A stretch of 64,000 nt of DNA from assembly GCA_963847625.1 (NCBI GenBank), contig CAWKAR010000039.1, positions 64,001 through 128,000 of the forward strand, in the 5' to 3' direction. The stretch's first letter is position 1. Each line of letters opens with the position of its first letter. This DNA is from a candidate division FCPU426 bacterium (GTDB taxonomy: Bacteria > Oederibacteriota > Muellerivitia > Muellerivitales > Muellerivitaceae). The translations under genes were made by a program, and so were the position numbers. Of this stretch, positions 40,464 through 50,382 are shown in pieces. The notes under the pieces are model-generated. The model saw nothing but the letters and a program-made list of their open reading frames with translations. It made no database searches and was not told where the DNA came from.

Positions 40464-41345
40464 ATGAACGGTATCTTAAACCTGAACAAGCCTGCCTCAC
40501 ACACTTCGCATGATGTGGTAGCGCTCACACGCGGGATAATAAAAGAACGTCGTATCGGGCATTTGGGGACCTTGGATCCTATGGCAACCGGAGTTCTTCC
40601 CTTGGCCATCGGCATTGCCACCCGGCTCATTGAGTTCACCTCTTTTACCAAGGAATACGTGGCGACGTGCCTTTTGGGCCGAACCACCGACAGCTGCGAC
40701 GTGACTGGGAAAATCCTGCAGGAAAAGCCGACAGAATTCCTTTCGGAAATTAACGTGAGGGAAGAAACGGGCCGCCTGCGATCAGTTACCCAACAAGTTC
40801 CCCCCATGGTATCCGCGGTAAAAAAAGGCGGCCAAAAGTTATACGAATTAGCCCGCAAGGGGATCAAGGTGGAACGGGAAGCCCGGCCGGTTCAAATTAA
40901 TGATGTGGAAGTTCTCCAAATCAAAATTCCACGGGTTACTTTTCGAATTTCTTGTTCTGCGGGAACCTACGTGCGGGTGCTTTGCCTCAGCCTCGGAGAA
41001 ACGTTGGGTGTGGGAGGGTGCTTGGAAAGTCTTGAACGAACCCGGGTCGGGCCTTTGTCCCTCCGGGATGCCCTAAACCTTGACGAGATTAAACAAAAAG
41101 CGAGAAATAATACTTTATCAGATGTATTGTCCCCGCCTAGTTTGTTGGTCCAACACCTGCCGGAATTCATCCTGGAGGGGAAAGACCTTTCCGACTTCTG
41201 CCGCGGAAGGGAGCTTTCTTTTTCATGCCTACCAGGTTTCTATAGGATATTGAACCGGCATGGATTGCTTTGCGCCATCGGAGTGGTCCGGAACGATGAG
41301 CGATTAAAACCAAAAAAAGTTTTCGGCGAGGAAGGAATCCTTTGA
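40464..41345 (+). CDS. truB: tRNA pseudouridine(55) synthase
   Basis: GHLGTLDPMATG, QQVPPMVSAVK, CSAGTYVR. Confidence 0.95.
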   Translation: MNGILNLNKPASHTSHDVVALTRGIIKERRIGHLGTLDPMATGVLPLAIGIATRLIEFTSFTKEYVATCLLGRTTDSCDVTGKILQEKPTEFLSEINVREETGRLRSVTQQVPPMVSAVKKGGQKLYELARKGIKVEREARPVQINDVEVLQIKIPRVTFRISCSAGTYVRVLCLSLGETLGVGGCLESLERTRVGPLSLRDALNLDEIKQKARNNTLSDVLSPPSLLVQHLPEFILEGKDLSDFCRGRELSFSCLPGFYRILNRHGLLCAIGVVRNDERLKPKKVFGEEGIL

Positions 41346-42244
41346 AACGACGTCCATCCATCGTAGCTACCATTGGCGTTTTTGACGGAGTACATCTCGG
41401 ACACCAAGCCCTCATCCGCGAGACGGTCAAAATGGCCCGGCGGCTTCATGCGAAGCCCGTGGTCTTTACCTTCAGGGATCATCCCTTACATGCTTTGCGA
41501 GGCGGGCCCCGGATTCCATTCCTGCTTCCCAGGGAGGAAACATTCCGCCTCTTGAAAAAGTCAGGTTTGGGGGAAGTCCATATCCTTTCCTTCACCCTGG
41601 CTTTTTCTCACCAGAACCCGGAACAGTTTATCCAATGGCTTAAAAAAACCTGGTGTTTGAAAGGAATCGTGGTGGGGAAGAACTTCAGGTTTGGGCGCAA
41701 CGCCCGGGGCGACGCAAAACTGCTGAAATGCCTTGGAAAGGAAGTCGGCTTTGAGGTGAAAGTGTTAAAGGCTGTTCGAGTCCGAGGACAGGTCGTTTCC
41801 TCAAGTCGCATTCGACGGCTTTTGGCTGAGGGAAAAACCGGATTAGCCAATCGGATGTTGGGTAGGGCCTATACCGTTTCTGGAGAGGTTGTGCATGGCA
41901 AACACGTAGGTCATAAGATAGGGTTTCCCACGGCCAACTTAAGCTACATTTGTGAATTTCTTCCCAGAGATGGAGTATATGCCTGCAGGGTTGAACTAGG
42001 CGGAAAGTCTTTCAGGGCAGGAATGAACCTTGGAAAGCGGCCGACCTTTAAAGATGATGATCACCATCGTCAGGCTGAGGTTCATATACTTCATTACGGG
42101 GGTAAACTATACGGAAGAAAAATGAAGATTTTTCTTCTGGAGTATCTTCGCCCTGAAATCAAGTTCAAATCATCCGCTCTTTTAGCCCGTCAGATCCAAA
42201 GGGATTTAGTAAGGGTCAAAAAAACCCTTCTCCTCCCGTTGTAA
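41342..42244 (+). CDS. ribF: Bifunctional riboflavin kinase/FAD synthetase
   Basis: GVFDGVHLGH, VSSSRIR, IGFPTAN. Confidence 0.96.
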   Translation: MKRRPSIVATIGVFDGVHLGHQALIRETVKMARRLHAKPVVFTFRDHPLHALRGGPRIPFLLPREETFRLLKKSGLGEVHILSFTLAFSHQNPEQFIQWLKKTWCLKGIVVGKNFRFGRNARGDAKLLKCLGKEVGFEVKVLKAVRVRGQVVSSSRIRRLLAEGKTGLANRMLGRAYTVSGEVVHGKHVGHKIGFPTANLSYICEFLPRDGVYACRVELGGKSFRAGMNLGKRPTFKDDDHHRQAEVHILHYGGKLYGRKMKIFLLEYLRPEIKFKSSALLARQIQRDLVRVKKTLLLPL

Positions 42245-42292
42245 GTCGTATAAAAGCCCAGGGGAATCAATCTCCCACGTGAGTCATATGCC

Positions 42293-42321
42293 TTTACACC
42301 CCGGGGCAAAGCCCCTAGAAT
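42293..42321 (+). promoter_or_regulatory. sigma70 promoter of rpsO-pnp
   Basis: TTTACA-17 nt-TAGAAT. Confidence 0.55.
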
Positions 42322-42472
42322 ACTGCCCTTGCGCCTAAGGTTTTGAGCGCGGGTCCGAACTCCAGAAGCCGGGGGTGGGCGGGTTTTGATCCCTTTCTCG
42401 GCGTCCGTTCACTCAAACGGCCGCTTGGATGAGGGGGAACCTAGTAAAAATTATTTTGAGGAGTACCATGCC

Positions 42473-42739
42473 ATGATGACGAAGGAAAAGAAAACACAGC
42501 TTATCCAGGATTTCAAGCTAAAGGAAGGGGACACGGGTTCCCCGGATGTCCAGATCGCGCTCGTCACTGAGCGCATCAAGTATTTAAACGAGCATTTCAA
42601 ATCCCATCCCAAGGATCACGCTTCTCGCCGGGGCCTTTTGAAACTCGTCGGCCAACGGCGCCGTCTTTTAGACTACCTAAAAAAATGCGACGTGAAGCGT
42701 TATGCCGCCCTCTTGGATCGCTTGGGCCTGCGCAAATAA
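42473..42739 (+). CDS. rpsO: 30S ribosomal protein S15
   Basis: [32 protein letters not shown] before ATG 42473. Confidence 0.98.
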   Translation: MMTKEKKTQLIQDFKLKEGDTGSPDVQIALVTERIKYLNEHFKSHPKDHASRRGLLKLVGQRRRLLDYLKKCDVKRYAALLDRLGLRK

Positions 42740-42776
42740 TCCTAAATCAACTATAACTTATAGAGGAGGAATTAAC

Positions 42777-44885
42777 ATGGAACGTGTGAGTTGCACACTC
42801 GCGAATTCGACGTTGTCGTTTGAAACCGGCCGCATGGCTAAACAGGCGGATGGGGCCGTCTTGGCCCAGTTTGGGGAAACGGTAGTATTAGTCGCTGTGG
42901 TAGGAGCCAAAGAGCCCATGCCTGGAAAGGATTTCTTTCCACTCACGGTTGAATACCGGGAAAAAACATCCGCCGCCGGCCGCATTCCCGGAGGCTGGTT
43001 CAAGAGGGAAGGAAGACCCCGCACGAAAGAAACCCTGACTTCCCGATTGATCGATCGCCCGATTCGGCCCCTTTTCCCGGACGGTTATTTCAACGAGATC
43101 CAGTTGATGGCGACCGTTATTTCCTCCGACCAAGAAAATGACTCCGACGTCTTGGCTGTTTCCGCCGCCTCGGCAGCCTTGGCGATTTCCGACATCCCCG
43201 TGGCCAATATGTTCGGGTGTGTGCGTGTGGGCCGGGTGAACGGCGACTTGATCGTCAACCCTACATTCAAACAGATGGAAATCAGCACTCTGGACCTGGT
43301 GGTGGCCGCCAGCCGAAAGGCGGTCATCATGGTTGAGGGTAGCGCTCATGAGGAATCGGAATCCGTGATCTTGGAGGCCGTCAAACAGGCCCACCAGGCG
43401 TGCCAGAAAATCATCGAACTTCAAGAGCAGCTGGTTAAAAAGATCGGCAAGCCAAAGCGTGCCTTGACGCTCGTGAAGCCCGACGAGTCCCTCGTTGCCG
43501 ACGTGAAAGCCTTCGCCCTTCCAAGAATGAAAGTTGCCATGGGTGAAAAAGACAAACTATCCCGCCAGGAAAAAGTCGCCCAGGTGGGAAAAGACGCTTG
43601 TGAGGCCCTGAAGGGAAAATATCCCGAGAAAGACAAGGACATACTGGGTATCTTGCATTCCATCGAATCCGACATGGTGCGAGAGGCCATTTTGGACCAG
43701 CATGAACGGCAGGATGGAAGAAAGTTCGACGAATTTAGGCCCATTACATGTGAAGTGGGAGTGTTACCCAGAACCCACGGCTCGGCGCTTTTTACACGTG
43801 GGCAAACCCAGGCTTTGGTCGTCACAACCCTGGGTACCAAAGACGACCAGCAAATTTTGGAGGAACTGGAAGGAGAGCAGAAGAAGCATTTCATGCTCCA
43901 TTATAATTTCCCTCCTTATTCAGTGGGCGAGATCAAGAGATTATCCGGACCCGGCCGCCGGGAAATAGGCCATGGCGCCTTGGCTGAAAGAGCCTTGGAG
44001 TCCCTTCTGCCCGTCCGCGACCAGTTTCCCTACACTATCCAAGTAAACTCGGACATCCTGGAATCCAACGGCTCCTCCTCCATGGCTTCCGTGTGCGGCG
44101 CTTCCCTGTCCTTGATGGACGCGGGAGTACCCATCAAGAGCGCTTGCGCGGGTGTGGCCCTCGGGTTGATTTCTAGCGAAGACATGTCCAAGTACGCCAT
44201 CCTGACTGATATCCAAGGTCTAGAAGATCATTTTGGGGACATGGATTTTAAAGTGGCGGGAACCCGCAAGGGAATCACGGCCATTCAAATGGACATCAAA
44301 ATTTTGGGTTTGTCTTTTGAAATTATCGAGAAAGGATTAGCTCAGGCCAAGCAAGGGCGCCTGACGATCCTGGACTTGATGGATCAAAGCCTAAAAACAC
44401 CTCGGGAGAAATTATCCCCATACGCCCCACGAATCGTCACTATCAAGGTGCCCGTGGACAGGATCCGTGAGATCATCGGTAAGGGTGGATCAACCATCAA
44501 GAAAATCCAGGATGACTTCCATGTGGAAGTAAGCGTGGAAGACGATGGCTCGGTTCATATCTCCTCGGCGAACGGCAAGGATATCGAGGACGCCCAAAAG
44601 TTCATCGGAAACCTCATGGCAGAGGCTGAGGAAGGGAAGATTTATTTGGGAACCGTAAAAAAAATCATGGATTTCGGCGCTTTTGTTGAAATCATTCCTG
44701 GAACCGACGGACTCGTGCATATTTCCCAACTGGACCGGAAGCGCGTGGAGCGCGTGGAAGATGTTCTCAAGGAGGGCGACGAGTTGCTTGTAAAATGCAT
44801 CGGGATTGATCCTAAAACGAAGAAAATAAAGCTTTCTCGAAAGGACGCCCTCGACTTGAAAATCGAGGATTACAGAAACAAGTAA
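42777..44885 (+). CDS. pnp: Polyribonucleotide nucleotidyltransferase
   Basis: DFFPLTVEY, RREIGHG, SNGSSSMAS, DMDFKVAG, KH and S1 domains. Confidence 0.98.
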   Translation: MERVSCTLANSTLSFETGRMAKQADGAVLAQFGETVVLVAVVGAKEPMPGKDFFPLTVEYREKTSAAGRIPGGWFKREGRPRTKETLTSRLIDRPIRPLFPDGYFNEIQLMATVISSDQENDSDVLAVSAASAALAISDIPVANMFGCVRVGRVNGDLIVNPTFKQMEISTLDLVVAASRKAVIMVEGSAHEESESVILEAVKQAHQACQKIIELQEQLVKKIGKPKRALTLVKPDESLVADVKAFALPRMKVAMGEKDKLSRQEKVAQVGKDACEALKGKYPEKDKDILGILHSIESDMVREAILDQHERQDGRKFDEFRPITCEVGVLPRTHGSALFTRGQTQALVVTTLGTKDDQQILEELEGEQKKHFMLHYNFPPYSVGEIKRLSGPGRREIGHGALAERALESLLPVRDQFPYTIQVNSDILESNGSSSMASVCGASLSLMDAGVPIKSACAGVALGLISSEDMSKYAILTDIQGLEDHFGDMDFKVAGTRKGITAIQMDIKILGLSFEIIEKGLAQAKQGRLTILDLMDQSLKTPREKLSPYAPRIVTIKVPVDRIREIIGKGGSTIKKIQDDFHVEVSVEDDGSVHISSANGKDIEDAQKFIGNLMAEAEEGKIYLGTVKKIMDFGAFVEIIPGTDGLVHISQLDRKRVERVEDVLKEGDELLVKCIGIDPKTKKIKLSRKDALDLKIEDYRNK

Positions 44886-44900
44886 TTTCAACTTTTAACT

Positions 44901-44934
44901 AGGCTCCGGGAGTGGTTCCCGGAGCTTTTTTTTT
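44901..44934 (+). terminator. Intrinsic terminator after pnp
   Basis: AGGCTCCGGGA-GTGGT-TCCCGGAGCTT with a T run. Confidence 0.85.
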
Positions 44935-45017
44935 GCCTTTTTGAAAATAAATCCACTGAATCTTAAGGAGTGAAGCTTTTTTAGACTGTAATTTTTAACT
45001 TTGGGGTTTGACTATGG

Positions 45018-45058
45018 GTGTAAAATAAATTTACACTTGATCATTAACTTTTTACTAT
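45018..45058 (+). promoter_or_regulatory. TGT-N11-ACA palindrome overlapping a sigma70 promoter of the EBP operon
   Basis: GTGTAAA-ATAAA-TTTACAC (45018-45036) overlaps TTTACA-17 nt-TACTAT (45030-45058). Confidence 0.6.
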
Positions 45059-45105
45059 AAGTTAATTTTTTTAGGCACTGATAGGGGTTCAAGTTGAAAA
45101 AAACC

Positions 45106-45474
45106 ATGTTAAAAAAAGAAGATTGGGGGGGGTTAACCATCGTGGCCCTCTTGGCGGCTTACGTTTTTCCGCCTTATTTCGTCTATCTCATGACAATGGC
45201 GGCCTTGACCGAATTCGCCCACCTCTGGACCACCCGTCTTTCCCGCGTCGACCAGGAAAAATTCATCGCTTTCGAGAAGGAATTCCGAAAGGGGTATCAA
45301 TTAGAAAAGGCCGGTAAACTGAAAGATGCTATTCAGTGGTACCAGAAACTCGAAACACGGTATGCCGACCTTCCTCAGGCGGGAAAACTAGCCACCCTGC
45401 AAATCCGGAAATTAACCCAGAAAAAAGGTGCAAAGAATTTTTTGCCCCCGCGAAACCCCAAGCCACCGGAGTAA
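45106..45474 (+). CDS. Small membrane protein with a TPR-like helix pair
   Basis: Hydrophobic N-terminus; FRKGYQLEKAGKLKDAIQWY; 3 nt upstream of the EBP gene. Start is ATG 45106 or TTG 45094. Confidence 0.6.
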   Translation: MLKKEDWGGLTIVALLAAYVFPPYFVYLMTMAALTEFAHLWTTRLSRVDQEKFIAFEKEFRKGYQLEKAGKLKDAIQWYQKLETRYADLPQAGKLATLQIRKLTQKKGAKNFLPPRNPKPPE

Positions 45475-45477
45475 ATC

Positions 45478-47358
45478 ATGGACCCTATCGCCTGCCGGGA
45501 ATGCGGATTTACCATGGAACCTCAAAACAGGTTTTGCGCCATTTGCGGTGTAGCCCATGAGGAAATCGAAACAGGAACACGGGAAGGGATGGAGGCTTTT
45601 GAACAGGGGGAATACGAGAAGGCCCTTCAACTTTTCAAAATCACCGCCAAAAAACAACCGTTCAGCGTATTTGCCCTTCGGGACGTGGGTCACGCGGCCT
45701 TTCATCTCCAGGATTTCAACCTCGCCCTGGAATATTATGAGAAAGCGCTCCAACTCCATAAAAGCCTCTTGGATGTCCATTTCAACCTGGGGCTCATCCA
45801 TTTGCAACGGGGCCACGTTAACGATGCGGCTTTTTGCTTCTTGGAAACGCTCCATCTCATCCATCCCTTGACCCCCGGGGCTTATTACCTGGGATTATTT
45901 CATAGCTCGGAAAGCCTTACTTTCCAATGCCGGTTGAACCTGGGAAATCTTTTCAAGGAAAGGGGTGAATTGGAAAAGGCTCTAGAGCAATACCGCCTCG
46001 TCGTGGCCCTCAACCCCAAAAACGTTCTAGCGCTTGGAAGTTTGGGCGACTGTCTCATCGCGCTGGAACAATATGACCAAGCCATCGGAACGTATAAAAA
46101 AGCGATCCGTGTCCTTCCGGACGGAGAGGAGAAGCTAAAACTTCAAAACGACCTGGGTGTTTCCTATTTCAAGAAGGGCGACCTCGAAAGGGCGATTAAC
46201 GAATTCAAGAACATCCTCAAGAAGGACCCGGGACACGTAAACGCCGTTTATAACCTGGGACAGCTCTATTACCACGAAGGTTTGACGGGAAGGATGAAAG
46301 AGGATTACGCGGATTTCGTCAAGTCCTCCAAAGACGCAGCCTCCATTCTTTTTTCCATTTCCAAGTCCATGGTTTCAGTGGCCGCATCCGAGAAAGGCCC
46401 GCAGATAGAGGAAACCAATCTCATCGGCAATAGTCTTCCCATGCGTAAAATACAAGAACTGATCAAACGCGCGGCAGCCAGCGACGCCACCGTGTTGATT
46501 TTAGGGGAGAATGGGACAGGGAAGGAACTTGTTGCCCGGGCCATCCATCAGCAATCCGGAAGACACGATAAACCGTTTCTCCCCATCGCTTGCGCCGCTT
46601 TAAGTGAATCCCTCCTGGAAAGCGAACTTTTCGGTCATGAGCAGGGCTCTTTCACCGGGGCCATCGGTCAGAAAATGGGAAAATTCGAGGTAGCCGATAA
46701 AGGGACTGTTTTCCTGGATGAGATCGGCGATATCTCCCTTGCCACCCAGGTCAAACTTCTCCGTGTACTCCAGGAACGGGAATTTCAGCGGGTGGGCGGG
46801 AATGAGACGCTCAAAGTCAATATCCGGGTCATCTGCGCCACCAACCGCGATTTGAAAGAAGCGATACAATCCGGCAAGTTTCGAGAGGATCTTTTCTACC
46901 GGCTGAACGTGATCGTGATTGATATGCCTCCGTTACGGGAAAGGGAAGGAGACTTGATTCTGCTCATCCGGTATTTCCTGGAGCGCATGAGGGTCAAGAA
47001 ACCCAACCGGTTTGAGGGAGTATCCGCCAAGGCTTTGGAGATCATGCAGCGTCACCGCTGGCCGGGGAATGTGCGGGAATTGGAAAACGTGATTGAAAGG
47101 ATCGTGACCCTGAATGACGACGTATTGATTCAACCGGAACATTTACCTTCGGAAATTACCAATTTTGATTCCCGTCTTTCCTTTTTCACCCAAACCTTGC
47201 CGAACGTGGGAATTTTGGAATCGGTGGAAAAAGACATCATTTTAAGGATACTGAAGGAATACCGTTTTAACAAGAAACAGGCGGCCAATAAATTGGGGAT
47301 TAGCCGGCCCACTCTTTATCAAAAAATGCGAAAATATGGGATTGTTGTGAAAAAATGA
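45478..47358 (+). CDS. sigma54-dependent enhancer-binding protein with N-terminal zinc ribbon and TPR sensor region
   Basis: CRECG...CAICG, multiple TPRs, [39 protein letters not shown], Fis-type HTH ([16 protein letters not shown]). Confidence 0.92.
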   Translation: MDPIACRECGFTMEPQNRFCAICGVAHEEIETGTREGMEAFEQGEYEKALQLFKITAKKQPFSVFALRDVGHAAFHLQDFNLALEYYEKALQLHKSLLDVHFNLGLIHLQRGHVNDAAFCFLETLHLIHPLTPGAYYLGLFHSSESLTFQCRLNLGNLFKERGELEKALEQYRLVVALNPKNVLALGSLGDCLIALEQYDQAIGTYKKAIRVLPDGEEKLKLQNDLGVSYFKKGDLERAINEFKNILKKDPGHVNAVYNLGQLYYHEGLTGRMKEDYADFVKSSKDAASILFSISKSMVSVAASEKGPQIEETNLIGNSLPMRKIQELIKRAAASDATVLILGENGTGKELVARAIHQQSGRHDKPFLPIACAALSESLLESELFGHEQGSFTGAIGQKMGKFEVADKGTVFLDEIGDISLATQVKLLRVLQEREFQRVGGNETLKVNIRVICATNRDLKEAIQSGKFREDLFYRLNVIVIDMPPLREREGDLILLIRYFLERMRVKKPNRFEGVSAKALEIMQRHRWPGNVRELENVIERIVTLNDDVLIQPEHLPSEITNFDSRLSFFTQTLPNVGILESVEKDIILRILKEYRFNKKQAANKLGISRPTLYQKMRKYGIVVKK

Positions 47359-47367
47359 AGAAGAGAG

Positions 47368-47413
47368 TGTAAGATTTTAATACATATTAACTAAATTGTA
47401 AAAATACTTAACA
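47368..47413. promoter_or_regulatory. Two putative upstream activating sites, TGT-N11-ACA
   Basis: TGTAAGATTTTAATACA (47368-47384) and TGTAAAAATACTTAACA (47397-47413), centred about -127 and -98 from the predicted +1. Confidence 0.65.
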
Positions 47414-47476
47414 CTTGAAAGCGATTTATTATTTCAATAATCCTTAATTTTAAAGGTTTTTTTCCTTTATTAGATC

Positions 47477-47492
47477 TGGCACAGACCTTGCT
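47477..47492 (+). promoter_or_regulatory. sigma54 (-24/-12) promoter
   Basis: TGGCAC-AGACC-TTGCT, an exact consensus match. Confidence 0.88.
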
Positions 47493-47502
47493 TTTAAAAG
47501 CA

Positions 47503-47597
47503 ATAGCTGGCTTTAACCGGCTGGCTTTCAAACGAATCAACATTAAAACACTCACCTCCTAAAGAGCCTCGGTTCGACCCAACCGGGGCTTTTTTTT
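47503..47597 (+). ncRNA. Putative sigma54-dependent small RNA with an anti-Shine-Dalgarno motif
   Basis: Lies between the sigma54 promoter and a terminator, with no ATG in the interval. 5' hairpin AGCTGG/CCGGCT, then single-stranded ...CACTCACCTCCT, then terminator AGCCTCGGTT-CGACCC-AACCGGGGCT-T7. Confidence 0.72.
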
Positions 47598-47812
47598 GCC
47601 TAAAATCATAAATTTCCCGGTCATCCAAAATCGGGGAGAGCCTTACCTTGTGTTATATTGCCCGGCAACAGTCCTAGCTCTTAACCCAAAGTTGAAAGTT
47701 CCAATCGTCCTATCAAACTTGTGAAAATCGGACGTATGGTTCATTCCCTTTGCGAAAACTTTAAATTTTTAACTTTTTTGCGTTAAATCCCAATATTCCT
47801 AACGTTTGGAGG

Positions 47813-48916
47813 TTGTCCCTGAACGCCTATTGGATCGTCTTTCTTACCGCTTTCGTCTTGGCTATAGGATTGACCCCCCTATTTCGAAAGATCGCCCTGA
47901 GGTCCCAGTTTTTGGATACCCCCTTGGGACAGCTCAAAAAACACACAGCGCCGGTTCCCTATTTAGGGGGGCTGGCAGTTTATTTCTCCTTTTTGCTGGC
48001 CATCCTGGGGGCCCTGGTTCTCGCTCCGCCTCCTGACGGATCCCGCATCCTGGCTCTCCTGGCGGGGGGAACGGTCATGGCCTTGATGGGTTTAGTGGAC
48101 GACCTTTTTTCCCTATCCCCCGCTGTCAAATTCCTTTTTGAATTTCTGGCTGCCAGCCTACTGGTCCTTTTCGGCGTCAAACTGGAATTTCTGCCAAGTC
48201 ATCCCATCTTGGGTTATGCGCTGACCCTTATCTGGATCGTGGCGGTCACCAATGCTGTCAATTTAATCGATATCATGGACGGCTTGGCAGGGGGAATCTC
48301 CTTCATTGCTTGCGCGGGATTCGTTTTCGTGCCGTTCCTTGGCGTGCAAAGCTATGTCCGCCTGACGGCCGCCGCACTGGGCGGAAGCGTCCTAGGTTTC
48401 TTGCCGTATAACTTCCAGCCCGCGCGCATATATATGGGAGACTCGGGAGCCCTATTTCTGGGATTCATGCTCGCTGGGATCGCACTAGGGCACGGGTATA
48501 CCCAAGTGAACGTGGTCGCCCTTTGCGGGCCGCTCCTTGTTCTGGGCATACCCCTTTACGACACCGCCCTGGTCATGGCGCTTCGTTTTTTGAAGGGGCG
48601 TTCGATGTTTAGGGGCTCCAACGACCATTTGGCCCTGCGTTTAAGACGCTTGGGCTTAACCGTCAAGCAAACGGTCCTAAGCCTTTGGACTCTCTCCCTT
48701 TTACTGGCGTGCGGAGCCGCCTTGTTGGTCCGCTTTTCCGAGAAAAGGGCCCTGGCCCTCATGGTTCTATTCTTCTTCCTGACTTTGGTTTTCACTTTTT
48801 TCATTTCCAGCGTGCCTGTGGATGAGGGGTTGAAGAAAATCCGGGAAAACCCTTTCCGAGTGTGGCTGGAACCATCCCTGGTTGGAAAATCCGCCAAACC
48901 CAGGAAAAAGAAGTGA
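47813..48916 (+). CDS. Undecaprenyl-phosphate GlcNAc-1-phosphate transferase (WecA/TagO, MraY family)
   Basis: PYLGGLA, GLVDD, NAVNLIDIMDGLA, YMGDSGA; multiple transmembrane segments. Confidence 0.88.
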   Translation: MSLNAYWIVFLTAFVLAIGLTPLFRKIALRSQFLDTPLGQLKKHTAPVPYLGGLAVYFSFLLAILGALVLAPPPDGSRILALLAGGTVMALMGLVDDLFSLSPAVKFLFEFLAASLLVLFGVKLEFLPSHPILGYALTLIWIVAVTNAVNLIDIMDGLAGGISFIACAGFVFVPFLGVQSYVRLTAAALGGSVLGFLPYNFQPARIYMGDSGALFLGFMLAGIALGHGYTQVNVVALCGPLLVLGIPLYDTALVMALRFLKGRSMFRGSNDHLALRLRRLGLTVKQTVLSLWTLSLLLACGAALLVRFSEKRALALMVLFFFLTLVFTFFISSVPVDEGLKKIRENPFRVWLEPSLVGKSAKPRKKK

Positions 48917-48918
48917 GG

Positions 48919-50223
48919 ATGAAGACCCTCATCATCGGCGGGGGGGTGGCGGGGCTTTCCTGCGCAAGGACCCTGGCCGAGGCATCCAGCCCCTATCTCC
49001 TGGCTGAAAAAGAAAATGAATTAGGCGGCCTTTGCCGCACGGTTTTCACCCGTGGTTTTACATTCGATTACACCGGACACTTTCTTCATTTTCAAAAGCC
49101 CGGGATCGAGAAATGGGTCTTGAGTTTGGTGGACCGTCCCTTGCGAAAAAGATACCGGCACGCTGCCATCTATAGCCAAGGAATCTACAGCGAATATCCC
49201 TACCAGGAAAACAACGCCGGCCTGCCTTCCTCCACGGTTCGAGAGAATGTTTTGGGTGCCCTGGAATCCGTTCTCCACCGGCGCTTCGGGGGATGGGACT
49301 TGGAGCGGACCTGGGATTTCAAGTCCTGGTGTCTTCGGGCTTTCGGAAAGGGTGTTTCTGGGAATTTCATGTTTCCTTACAACGAGAAACTTTGGAAATT
49401 CCCCCTGGGAAAACTTTCCACCCTTTGGATGGGCCGTTTTGTCCCCTTCCCCCGGGTTTCTCGGGTGATTCAGGGGGCGTTGAAGCGCCAGCCTTCCGTC
49501 GCGGGTTACAACGCGACCTTTCTTTATCCCGAAGAAGGCGGTATTTCCTTGCTTCCGCACTCTATCGCGCGCGGGTTGCCCCGCTTGTGGACCCGAATGG
49601 AGTTGAATGGGCTAGATCTCGAAAAACACAAGGCCACTTTCGCTCCGGGATTGGAATTAGATTATGATTACCTGGTTTCCAGCCTACCCTTGCCACTGTT
49701 GGCGGCCTTGACGCGTGGTCTGCCCTTCCAACTTCGAAAGGCCGCATACCGTCTCAAAGCCACTTCCGTCTATAACATCAATTACGGGGTCCGGGGTTCC
49801 CAACCCATTCCCTATAGTTGGGTTTATTTTCCGGAAAAAGAGTTTGGGTTCCACCGGGCCGGCTCCGTGAGCGCCTGCGTGCCCGGTATGGCACCGAAGG
49901 GCCACTTTTCCCTTTATGTGGAGTTTTCCTACCGCGGGGGGAAACCTGACGCGAAGGCTCTGGGCCGGCATGCCGTGGAAAAACTCATCAAACTGAAATG
50001 GATTCGTTCCCAGCGGGAAATAGTTGTACGAGTGGATCTCAACCTGCCTGGAGCCTATGTGATTTATGACCAAGGCCGGAAGGACACGGTGAGTTGCTTG
50101 CTGAAATATTATCGGAAGAAAGGCGTCTTTTCGGTAGGCCGGTACGGGCGCTGGGAATATGGAACCATGGAATCCGCGATGGAACAGGGAATGGAGGCCG
50201 CCCGGACGATCCTGGGGAATTAA
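48919..50223 (+). CDS. FAD-dependent oxidoreductase (protoporphyrinogen oxidase/UDP-Galp mutase-like)
   Basis: IIGGGVAGLS, GGLCRT, FDYTGHFLH, GRYGRWEY. Confidence 0.8.
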   Translation: MKTLIIGGGVAGLSCARTLAEASSPYLLAEKENELGGLCRTVFTRGFTFDYTGHFLHFQKPGIEKWVLSLVDRPLRKRYRHAAIYSQGIYSEYPYQENNAGLPSSTVRENVLGALESVLHRRFGGWDLERTWDFKSWCLRAFGKGVSGNFMFPYNEKLWKFPLGKLSTLWMGRFVPFPRVSRVIQGALKRQPSVAGYNATFLYPEEGGISLLPHSIARGLPRLWTRMELNGLDLEKHKATFAPGLELDYDYLVSSLPLPLLAALTRGLPFQLRKAAYRLKATSVYNINYGVRGSQPIPYSWVYFPEKEFGFHRAGSVSACVPGMAPKGHFSLYVEFSYRGGKPDAKALGRHAVEKLIKLKWIRSQREIVVRVDLNLPGAYVIYDQGRKDTVSCLLKYYRKKGVFSVGRYGRWEYGTMESAMEQGMEAARTILGN

Positions 50224-50382
50224 ACATTGTGCATATCCCGGAGGGGAAGGGCATGGGCTTTCCAATCTCTTTGGGTGTTATAATACGCAACTCATCCGGA
50301 TTAGTTGGAACCGCTGGCACATTGTTTCAATTTTTTCGAGGAAGCAGGAGATGCATTTTGACTTCTTTTTCACGAGGGAATC

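Noticed and set aside
47391..47543. 50-aa minus-strand ORF preceded by AGGAGGTGA
   Set aside because: SD-ATG spacing is long, and the ORF runs over the sigma54 promoter and a UAS. Promoter and terminator polarity favour a plus-strand sRNA. Not fully excluded.
50315..50330. TGGCAC upstream of the cNMP-binding gene as a second sigma54 promoter
   Set aside because: The -12 element reads TTCA, lacking the required GC.
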